In this document: positions 29,595 through 40,700 of the stretch, one piece after another
Numbering within the stretch: position 1 is the first letter of the stretch
Layout of the letters: the number at the start of each line of letters is the position of its first letter
Origin: Eledone cirrhosa
Taxonomy: Eukaryota
DNA length: 64,000 bases
Direction: 5' to 3'
Assembly: GCA_964016885.1 (NCBI GenBank)
Contig: OZ024747.1
Location: forward strand, 3,472,001 to 3,536,000
The notes under the pieces: generated by a model
Seen by the model: the letters and a program-made list of their open reading frames with translations, nothing else
What the model was told of the DNA's origin: nothing
The model's database searches: none
Made by a program: the position numbers and the translations under genes

Positions 29595-29815
29595 CCCTTT
29601 AGCATTTACATTGCTCAATATTTACTATTGTATTTTCGTGGTAAAAACTTTACCTCACGTAATTATCTCATATAATATCAAATGTATGAGATTTTGATAT
29701 TATTTATTTTGAGAACAATACATTAACATCAGTATGAGCAGCAGATTACAGCCAGCTTGAACAGAAAGAGGTGAGAGAATTCTGGTCGGATATGGCCTAT
29801 TTAAATAGCAAAGGG
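29595..29815. mobile_element. piggyBac-type MITE inserted in an RTE tail
   Basis: TTAA-ccctttagcatt...aatagcaaaggg-TTAA, reverse-complement homologue of 18680-18899. Confidence 0.88.
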
Positions 29816-30147
29816 TTAACCCATAATAGTGAGAAGAAATGGACGTTAAACGGTGATGTTGTTGAGAACCTGTGTAAATTTCAGGCAGTTTGGTATCAAA
29901 ACATTTAATATTCGCCACTTTTGCATGTCTATTCCTTTTGTGACAATCCTGGTTATTTTATCATAGAACTTTTAAAATTCTCATTTCGTGCCATTACAGT
30001 TTTAGTGCCTTAATGTGACATTAAATACTGTTCAAAATTGATGGTCTTCAGTCATTCCAGAAAATATTGAAAAACAACCTCTCTAGATTACCACAATACA
30101 TCTTAAAATACAGGTACCACTAGTACTACCATTACAACAATGGCTAA

Positions 30148-30320
30148 TAATTGTTTCTACTTTAGGCACAAGGCCAGCAATCACCCAGTGTATTACTGGT
30201 ACTTTATTTTATCGACCCCGTAAGGATGAAAGGCAAAGTTAACCTCGGCGGGATTTGAACTCAGAATGGCAAGGGCCGTAACTCTATGCGTCAAAGCATG
30301 GCGTCCGACCTCTACCGATA
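30148..30320 (-). mobile_element. Nin-type SINE (others: 15335-15450, 27295-27440, 29268-29345, 37310-37480, 37490-37690, 52505-52670, 57862-58052)
   Basis: ctggtactttattttatcgaccccgtaaggatgaaaggcaaagttaacctcggcgggatttgaactc. Confidence 0.88.
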
Positions 30321-30338
30321 ATAAAACCTAAAATATGT

Positions 30339-30645
30339 CCACCAACAACAACAACACAGCTACTACTACCACCACCAGTGTTACCACCGCCACTACTACT
30401 ACTAACACAGCTACTACCACCACCACTACTACTATTACCACCACCACAGCTACTACCACTACCACCACCACCACCACCACAGCTACTACTCCTACTACCA
30501 CCACCACCACCACCACCAACACTACCACCACCACCAACACCACCAACACCACCATCACAGCTACTACCACCACCACCACAGCTACTACCACCACTACCAC
30601 CACAGCCATATCAACCCCTCAACTACCTCCACACCACCACCTACC
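30339..30645. repeat. (ACC/ACT)n trinucleotide tract
   Basis: The poly-Thr and poly-Val ORFs here are artefacts. Confidence 0.92.
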
Positions 30646-30756
30646 ATCCTCTATAATTGAGCAGTTTGTGCCAACTTCTCAAAACTTACCAAAGGTTAGA
30701 ATGAATAGCAAAAGAGAGTTCTCTCTTTTATAAAAAATATATTTATTTTCTTATTT

Positions 30757-30831
<75 letters not shown>

Positions 30832-31159
30832 TGGCTGCCAACTCGTTTTCGAGTACGGCCACTAATTTATATCCATGTAGGAGAAACCCTACCAATGCGC
30901 TGAACAAGTGTGACTTTTTAGTCCAGCCAGCGACTTGAAAACTCTGATACAAACACTACACTTGTGACAATTATTGACACATAGTGCTGGGCCCATGGTA
31001 CCATGTGATGACAAGTACAGAGAGATCTCCAGATATAAAGCAATGCCTGTGCCGTGAAGCTTTTATAGTGAGCAAAGGCACTGCACAAAGCCAGTCCTAC
31101 TCTCTTGACCAAGATGATATTTACCAAAAAGAAGAACAAGTCAACATCATTGGATACCA

Positions 31160-31440
31160 TCAGGGTTGCAGGTGTTATATCAGAGTTTTCCTTCTCCTAG
31201 AATTCTGCCTTGACAAAGGCTAAGGGGTCATCTCTCCCGGTGATTTGGATGGCCATTGACTCTTAAGAGCTCCTTTGCCCTTTGACAGGTTTTGTTTTTA
31301 GTCCTGCAGGATGTCCAAAGTCACCCTCCTCACCAAGAAACCTTGGTGGGGTTGCCAGTTTAGTTAGTCGCCAACGACCCGACCATGAGACAGGTTGTAC
31401 TGGGATACATGTTACCAGTAGCACCAACTGGTGACCTGAC
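31160..31440 (-). mobile_element. RTE-type 5' UTR-like repeat; relative at 54550-54745
   Basis: Minus-strand ctaggagaaggaaaactctga motif, which I recall from RTE 5' UTRs. ggatggccattgact and ccagtagca are shared with the 54.6-kb copy. Confidence 0.5.
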
Positions 31441-31682
31441 ATAAATATATATATATATACACACACACATGTATATATATTCATTTATTTATCTCAAATT
31501 GTCACTCACATTTGGTTATTTCCTATGTTAACCTCAATTTCCTGAGGTAAATCTTAACTACATGAATTCTATATCTTCCTTGTCTCTCTCAAATTAAATA
31601 AAAGATGTATAGATGTAACATTAGAGCCAGCTTGCATAACACATACATCCAGGACACAAGCTGATATATGCACACATTGTAC

Positions 31683-31797
<115 letters not shown>

Positions 31798-31821
31798 TCA
31801 CATATATATATATATATATAT

Positions 31822-32135
31822 GGAGGCACATGGCTTAGTGGTTAGAGCATTGGCCTTGCAATCAAAAGGTTGTGAGTTCAATTCTCAGACCGGGTGATGT
31901 GTTGTTTCCTTGAGCAAGACACTTTATTTCACATTGCTCCAGTTTACTCAGCTGTAGAAATGAGATGATAAGGACTGGGGTCCACTGTAAAGTGGTCGTG
32001 GAGGTGCCATGGCAAAAAAGCACCCAGCACTCACTGTAAATGAGGTTGGTGTTAAGAAGGGCATCCAGCTGTAGAAATCAAGCGAGAATCAGTTCCCGTC
32101 CCACCCTTGCAAGCAGGGAAAAGCGGACGTAAAAT
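31822..32135 (+). mobile_element. Full tRNA-derived SINE with RTE tail
   Basis: Near copy of 5018-5347. Confidence 0.88.
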
Positions 32136-32181
32136 GAAATGAAAAATGAAATGATATATATACACACACACATATATATAT

Positions 32182-32312
<131 letters not shown>

Positions 32313-32574
32313 TATATATATAATATTAAAAAAGCAGACAGAAGTAGAAGACCGGAGTAACAAGGGATGACATGACATACATGATAGAAATGGTAACATA
32401 AACAAGACAAGCATCTCCTTAAGACATCGTCTGTCAAAATGGAACTATGGACATACACAGTTCCAACCCTGAGCAACAATATTGCTGCTCCATTTGGTAT
32501 CACAGGGTCTAACAAGATTATTAAACATTGTCCTGGAGTATTTAAGAAGATGAAGAGTAAGAAAATAAAACATT

Positions 32575-33012
32575 ACAGAATGCAGACATGAATGTAGACA
32601 CCCACAAGCTTATTAACCATCTTTCCAACAATAATAGTCGACACCTTTCTTGAATTCCATGTGTCTAACACACATGGACATGCTTACACAATCAGAAAAC
32701 AGAACAGTTCCCATGACTTTTGGAAACATCTTTTCACGCTCAGAGTTGCTGAAGAATGGAACAAACTACCTGCATCAGTTGTTAGCTGTTGAGACACTGC
32801 ACCCTTTAACACTTCCATCCTTCCTGAAATCCGCCAACACTACACCTGATATCCCTCCTCCATACTCACACACACATGTATATCATGACTCATACACTGT
32901 TCACTTTCCTGACATTTGTTCATTATTCTATGTACTATACATTATACATGCACCTTTGATGAGTTGTAGTGCACCTGAGCACTGTACACAACAATTTTCA
33001 TTATCATTATTG
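32575..33012 (+). mobile_element. CR1-clade LINE 3' end
   Basis: Translates THGHAYTIRKQNSSHDFWKHLFTLRVAEEWNKLPASVV (TRGH..KL...R..FF..RV...WN.LP..VV motif); (att)n tail. Confidence 0.85.
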
Positions 33013-33391
33013 TTAATAAAGTAAAGAAAACAAAACAAAATGTAATCTACACAAATATATATATAGACACACATAAACATACACATATATATACATATAT
33101 ACACAAACACACACACACACATATATACACACACACGCATATATATATATATATGTATGTGTGTATGTGTGTGTGTGTATATATATATACACACACACAC
33201 CCACTCACATTAACCTAACATTAACTGTATAAGAAACCAAGCAATACCGAAGCAGTCCAAAAGAAATAACACCACAGGTTTTTATAGTTTTTGTTTTCTT
33301 TTTAAATTATCTTCTCTTTCTTTCCCCTTTTCTCAATTTCTTTGTTACACTCTTCCCCTTGTTTATTAATTGTTTTCTGGCCAACTGACAG

Positions 33392-33421
33392 AGACACAGT
33401 CAGCTGGACTAGATGTACAAG
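33392..33421 (+). CDS. Candidate 30-nt frame-preserving microexon of an unidentified host gene
   Basis: Long pyrimidine tract, then gacag|AGACACAGTCAGCTGGACTAGATGTACAAG|gtgagt. The phase-1 reading xTQSAGLDVQx is open. Confidence 0.35.
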
Positions 33422-33766
33422 GTGAGTTGGCAGTAGAAGTTACCTATAAAATGAAGTCCTTCAACTGTACACATGATTTACTAGATACAATGGTTAGTTT
33501 CTCTTAGTTAAGTGACTTGGTTATTGCTAGGGGTGGGTGACACCAGAGAAACTATAGTAGTTCTAGAACAACTGTAACAAAGGTTCAGCAAATTTAGAGT
33601 ATTTATATACATTCTATACATATGGAAACAAAGGAGCTAGAAATAGTATCTAGCTTTCCCCCATAGCAAACTCTACTGGAAGGCAAGTGGAATTCAGAGC
33701 ATGGTTGCCACTGTTGGCAATATATATATATATACATCTATATATATATATCTATATCTATCTATC

Positions 33767-33790
<24 letters not shown>

Positions 33791-33797
<7 letters not shown>

Positions 33798-33990
33798 AGA
33801 TCAAAAGATTGTTAAAAGAGTTCCAAGTATTTTATTATGCACATGTTTTTGAAATGCGCATAATAAAATACTTGGAACTCTTTTAACCATCTTTTGATCT
33901 TATATTATTTATACTCCAGTTCTATAAACTGTAGAGTGCTACTTATCCGATATTTGCATTGCTTTATTGTGCTACAATAAAACTCACCTC
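33791..33990 (+). mobile_element. PLE-like fragment with 54-bp fold-back and 3' half of an HHR
   Basis: Arms 33791-33844 and 33854-33907; GAAA-tgcgca-TA/ataaaata. Downstream tatactccag..gagtgct is shared with family A. Confidence 0.7.
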
Positions 33991-34219
33991 CTACATATAT
34001 ATATATATAGAGAGAGAGAGAGATTTATTGAGGTTTGTTGGTTCACCACTGGATAGAACTGGTCATTCCGTATGGTCAACCTCGATGTAATATTATGGAG
34101 AGCACTCAACGTAATGCAACTCAACCGTCTTCGTTAGTGTTGTTGGTGGTGTGAGTACGGAGTTAATTATTATAAAATAACAGGAGGCTGGACTGGTGTA
34201 ATTCCTTGAAAGGTTTATT

Positions 34220-34277
34220 ATACTATGATCATTTCAATGACCGGGTTCAGTGTGAATCCAGTGACGTCATCAGGTAT
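34220..34277 (-). ncRNA. Type I hammerhead ribozyme, palindromic stem III
   Basis: atac-CTGATGA-cgtcactgg attcacactgaac ccggtcatt-GAAA-tgatca-TA/gtat. Confidence 0.8.
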
Positions 34278-34465
34278 TCAAAATATAACAAAGGAATATA
34301 ACAGATAGAATCCATGGGGCTGAAAATCAGAGACAAGAGGGCGACCGACTATTTAGCAGCTTCTACCTCTGTTGGCCGCCCTCAAGTGTTGATTATTAAG
34401 TCTACTTATGACCATCTGGAGAGGGGATGCAATCTTATCTGTTATAGTCCTTTGTTATATTTTGA

Positions 34466-34523
34466 ATACCTGATGATGTCACCGGATTCACACTGAACCC
34501 GGTCATTGAAATGATCATAGTAT
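34466..34523 (+). ncRNA. Type I hammerhead ribozyme, palindromic stem III
   Basis: atac-CTGATGA-tgtcaccgg attcacactgaac ccggtcatt-GAAA-tgatca-TA/gtat. Confidence 0.8.
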
Positions 34524-34589
34524 ATATATATATATATATATACTATACATATGGAAACAGAGGAGCTAGACATAGCAGCTAGCTTTCCT

Positions 34590-35378
34590 CCACCACCACC
34601 ACCACCAATACACCACAACAACCACGACCACCACCAATACACCACAACAACCACGATCACCACCACAACCACCACCACCACCACCACCAATACCAACACC
34701 ACCACAACCATCACCACCACCACCAATATCACCACCAACACCAATACCACCACCACCACCACCACCACCACAACCAATACACCACCACAACCAATACACC
34801 ACCACAACCACCACCACAACCACCACCAATACCACCAACAACTACAGCCCAACCACCACCAGTACCACAACCACCACCACCACGACCACCACCAATACCA
34901 CCACCACAAGCACCACCACCACCAATACCACCACCACAACCACCACCACCAACACCACCAACAACTACAGACCAACCACCACCACAACCACCACCACCAA
35001 TACCACCACCACAACCACCACCACCACCAATACCACCACCACCACCACCACCAATACCACCAACAACTACAGCCCAACCACCACCACCACCACCACCACT
35101 ACCACGACCATCACCACCACAACCACCACCACCACCACCACTACCACAACCACCACTACCACCACCACCACCATCATCATCACCACCACCACCACTACCA
35201 CCACCACCACCATCACCACCACCACCACCACCACAAACACCACCACCACCACAACCACCACAACCACCACCACCACCACCACAACCACCACCACCACCAC
35301 CACCACCACCACCACCACAACCACCACTACCACCACCACCACAACCACCACTACCACCACCACCACTGCTACTACCAT
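34590..35378. repeat. (CAC)n-rich trinucleotide tract
   Basis: The poly-His/Thr/Gly/Val ORFs here are artefacts. Confidence 0.95.
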
Positions 35379-35800
35379 CAGACATATGAAATATGTTCCA
35401 GTAGTTATCTTTCAATCTCCAAACATCAATGACTATATTGTACAATGTGTCTTTCTATTTTTAAAAGACAAAGACAGAAAGGAGAAGGATTTGAAAGGCA
35501 TTTAGCTATTGTTTCTAGCAAGTTGAAACTACCACATATACAAGCTCCCACATGTTGACGATAATACTGAAGATTTTGCTAATTCATGAGTTTAAGTTAG
35601 TGAAGGGTGCTCTCCCTTAGTAGCAACCAACATCAATGGTGTTGAGAAAGTCTGGAAATAATTTAACTTTTCTGCAGTAAATCTTTCAAAATGTTTATTG
35701 ATAAACATACCGTATATCATTAGATATACAAAATACTCATACTTATAGGTACACAGCTATGTTAGAGTGAATACCTTAATTCTCTTTTCCATCTGAGCCA

Positions 35801-35996
35801 GCCAATAGCTCCATATGCAAATGAGGCTAATCAGCCCCTGTACATAGGTGTCAAAACTCTGTTTTCGCCTATATTGAGTTCCAGCAGAGAGCAGGGTAAG
35901 GGAGCACTGTCTCGATAACGGCCAGAGTCAGAAACGATGTTCGCCATCAATAGTTACCCACCCTTGCTTCTGCTGGAATCCGCTAGATGGCGCTAT
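35801..35996 (+). promoter_or_regulatory. Motif cluster: CCAAT (35802), octamer ATGCAAAT (35815), CTCF-like CCGCTAGATGGCGC (35980)
   Basis: Exact motif strings in a CpG-retaining patch. Function is not shown. Confidence 0.45.
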
Positions 35997-36162
35997 GTCA
36001 TCAGTTTCCAAATTTTATAGCTGAAGGCTTTCAAAATGTCTATTCATATCAGTAGATATACAAAATTACAAAATACTCAGACATATATTTATTTCCTAAT
36101 GTTTGTTGAGTGAGTCGGGATTTGGCCGGAGTATCGCTATTAGCTTTCTCCGATAATGTATT

Positions 36163-36223
<61 letters not shown>

Positions 36224-36238
36224 ATATATATATATATG

Positions 36239-36276
<38 letters not shown>

Positions 36277-36296
36277 AATATATATATATATGTATG

Positions 36297-36372
<76 letters not shown>

Positions 36373-36444
36373 CTCTGTCTGATGACCGATCGATCCGGAC
36401 GTATATTAATATTGTCTGGAAACCAGAAACCTTTGGTAATGGAG
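36373..36444 (+). ncRNA. Type I hammerhead ribozyme (family D), imperfect stem II base
   Basis: ctctgt-CTGATGA-ccgatcga tccggac..gtctgga aacca-GAAA-cc ttt gg-TA/atggag. Confidence 0.65.
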
Positions 36445-36711
36445 TAGTTCTATTTTGTGTTGTTCACTTTCTAATTAAATAGCTCTGTTCTATACATAGA
36501 GCACTCTTTTTTCCTTTGCTTTTCCTTTGGAATTATCTAACATATATATATATAATTTTTTTTCTAAAACCCCTCTTTTCTATCTTTCTAATTGTACTCT
36601 CCTGATGAAGGGCTAAAGCCCAATATGTTGAATTCCTTTCTCTCTTTCATCTAACTGTGAACTTAGTAACATTTATTATCTTTGTATATCTGTGTTTGTC
36701 ATTTTTTAAAT

Positions 36712-36743
<32 letters not shown>

Positions 36744-36779
36744 ATTATATATATATATATATATCATCATCATCATCAT

Positions 36780-36851
36780 AACAATATGACCCTCCCCAAG
36801 TATAACAATATATATATATATATTGTTATACTTGGGGAGGGTCATATTGTT
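36780..36851. repeat. Perfect 72-bp palindrome centred on (AT)n
   Basis: aacaatatgaccctccccaagtataacaat-(at)6-attgttatacttggggagggtcatattgtt. Confidence 0.95.
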
Positions 36852-36919
36852 GTAATAATATTGCCAGAAATAATAATAGAACACACTCACTGTTTGGTTG
36901 GTTTTCGCTTCTGTATCTG

Positions 36920-36966
<47 letters not shown>

Positions 36967-37735
36967 TACAGAAAAAGAGTTATGTAGATATGATTGATTC
37001 ACATATTTACATATAAGCATGTGTGATAGATATTCTAAATAAGATATATGTGTGTGCCCATATGTGCTGCATGTATGTTGAAATGTGTCCCTACGCCTTA
37101 GCACACACTCACGGCTATCAACATGAAATTGTAAGTTCAGACACACAGACACAGAAATGTTTTATGACATTCTAACTTCCAAAGAAAGAGTTTTGTATTG
37201 GGTTATCTACCTTTATCTATGTGATTTAAAAAAAAAAATCAAATGACTTATATTCCGAGGGTAGGCTGAAAAGTTCATAAGTTGATTATGAAAAAGTGGA
37301 GGAGGAGAAAATTGAATACATCAACTCCAAGGCATTACTGGTACTTTATTTTATTGACTCTTTAAGGATGAAAAGCAAAGCTAACCTTGGCAGAATTTAA
37401 ACTCAGAACCTAAAGGAACATAACTATATGCCACAAAATATATTGATCGACGCTCTACCGATTCATCCAATCCACCCTAGCTGAAACTAATAATGGTTTT
37501 TGATTTAGGCACAAATACAACAATTTTTGAGGAAGGGAGAGTCAAATAAATTAACCTCAGTGCATTACTGGTACTTTATTTTATAAACTCAGTAAGGATG
37601 AAAGACAAAGTTAATCTCAACAGAATTGAACTCAGATTATAAAGGGACAAAACTATATACCACATAGCATATAGTCTGCTGGCAATCTACCGACCTAACT
37701 GACACTAATAATAAAGGAATAAACATAATATATAT

Positions 37736-40700
37736 ACACAGAGAGTTATATACATCGTCAGTTATATATACAGTGAGTTATATATACACACAGTCAGTTA
37801 TATACACAGTGAGTTATATATACACAGTGAGTTATATATACACAGTGAGTTATATACACAGTGAGTTATATATACAGTGAGTTATATATACACAGTGAGT
37901 TATATATACAGTGAGTTATATATACACAGTGAGTTATATATACAGTGAGTTATATATACACAGTGAGTTATATATACAGTGAGTTATATATACACAGTGA
38001 GTTATATATACACAGTGAGTTATATACACAGTGAGTTATATATACAGTGAGTTATATATACAGTGAGTTATATATACACAGTGAGTTATATATACAGTGA
38101 GTTATATATACACAGTGAGTTATATATACACAGTGAGTTATATACACAGTGAGTTATATATACAGTGAGTTATATATACAGTGAGTTATATACACAGTGA
38201 GTTATATACACAGTGAGTTATATATACAGTGAGTTATATATACACAGTGAGTTATATATACAGTGAGTTATATATACACAGTGAGTTATATATACAGTGA
38301 GTTATATATACACAGTGAGTTATATATACACAGTGAGTTATATACACAGTGAGTTATATATACAGTGAGTTATATATACAGTGAGTTATATACACAGTGA
38401 GTTATATACACAGTGAGTTATATATACAGTGAGTTATATATACACAGTGAGTTATATATACAGTGAGTTATATATACACAGTGAGTTATATATACAGTGA
38501 GTTATATATACACAGTGAGTTATATATACAGTGAGTTATATATACACAGTGAGTTATATATACACAGTGAGTTATATACACAGTGAGTTATATATACAGT
38601 GAGTTATATATACAGTGAGTTATATACACAGTGAGTTATATACACAGTGAGTTATATATACAGTGAGTTATATATACACAGTGAGTTATATATACAGTGA
38701 GTTATATATACACAGTGAGTTATATATACAGTGAGTTATATATACACAGTGAGTTATATATACACAGTGAGTTATATACACAGTGAGTTATATATACAGT
38801 GAGTTATATATACAGTGAGTTATATACACAGTGAGTTATATACACAGTGAGTTATATATACAGTGAGTTATATATACACAGTGAGTTATATATACAGTGA
38901 GTTATATATACACAGTGAGTTATATATACAGTGAGTTATATATACACAGTGAGTTATATATACACAGTGAGTTATATACACAGTGAGTTATATATACAGT
39001 GAGTTATATATACAGTGAGTTATATACACAGTGAGTTATATACACAGTGAGTTATATATACAGTGAGTTATATATACACAGTGAGTTATATATACAGTGA
39101 GTTATATATACACAGTGAGTTATATATACAGTGAGTTATATATACACAGTGAGTTATATATACAGTGAGCTATATATACACAGTGAGTTATATATACAGT
39201 GAGTTATATATACACAGTGAGTTATATATACAGTGATTTATATATACAGTGAGTTATATACAGTGAGTTATATATACACAGTGAGTTATATATACAGTGA
39301 GTTATATATACACAGTGAGTTATATATACAGTGAGTTATATATACACAGTGAGTTATATATACAGTGAGCTATATATACACAGTGAGTTATATATACAGT
39401 GAGTTATATATACACAGTGAGTTATATATACAGTGATTTATATATACAGAGAGTTATATATACAGTGAGTTATATATACACAGTGAGTTATATATACAGT
39501 GAGTTATATATACACAGTGAGTTATATATATAGTGAGTTATATATACACAGTGAGTTATATATACACACAGTCAGTTATATACACAGTGAGTTATATACA
39601 CAGTGAGTTATATACACAGTGAGTTATATATACAGTGAGTTATATATACACAGTGAGTTATATATACAGTGAGTTATATATACAGTGAGTTATATATACA
39701 GTGAGTTATATATACACAGTGAGTTATATATACAGTGAGTTATATATACACAGTGAGTTATATATACAGTGAGTTATATATACACAGTGAGTTATATATA
39801 CAGTGAGTTATATATACAGTGAGTTATATATACACAGTGAGTTATATTTACAGTGAGTTATATATACACAGTGAGTTATATATACACAGTCAGTTATATA
39901 CACAGTGAGTTATATACACAGTGAGTTATATACACAGTGAGTTATATATACAGTGAGTTATATATACACAGTGAGTTATATATACAGTGAGTTATATATA
40001 CAGTGAGTTATATATACACAGTGAGTTATATATACAGTGAGTTATATATACAGTGAGTTATATATACAGTGAGTTATATACACAGTGAGTTATATATACA
40101 GTGAGTTATATATACAGTGAGTTATATATATAGTGAGTTATATATATACAGTGAGTTATATATATACAGTGAGTTATATATACACAATGAGTTATATATA
40201 TAGTGAGTTATATATACACAGTGAGTTATATATACAGTGAGTTATATATACACAGTCAGTTATATATACACACAGTCAGTTATACACACAGTCAGTTATA
40301 TACATACAGTCAGTTATATACATACAGTCAGTTATACACACAGTCAGTTATATACACAGTGAGTTATATACACAGTCAGTTATATACACAGTCAGTTATA
40401 TATACACAGTGAGTTATATACACACAGTCAGTTATATACACAGTCAGTTATATACACACAGTCAGTTATATATACACAGTCAGTTACATACACAGTGAGT
40501 TATATACACACAGTCAGTTATATATACCCAGTCAGTTATATACACACAGTCTGTTATATACACAGTCAGTTATATACACACAGTCAGTTATATATACCCA
40601 GTCAGTTATATACACACAGTCAGTTATACACACTGTCAGTAATATACATACAGTCAGTTATACACACAGTCAGTTATATATACACAATCAGTTATATACA

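Larger units (their letters stand above)
34025..34523. mobile_element. PLE-like element (family B) with inverted HHR-containing repeats
   Basis: 34220-34307 and 34436-34523 are inverted copies, each a full HHR. Flanked by TA tracts. Confidence 0.75.

Noticed and set aside
31340-31440. HDV-like ribozyme at the putative RTE 5' end
   Set aside because: Plausible from RTE biology, but I could not assemble P1, P2 and P3 in the required order by eye. It needs a descriptor search.
34442-35445. His-rich or Gly-rich ORFs resembling beak or cuticle proteins (also 62975-63749 and 30335-30733)
   Set aside because: Pure trinucleotide tracts open in several frames, with no signal peptide or splice context.
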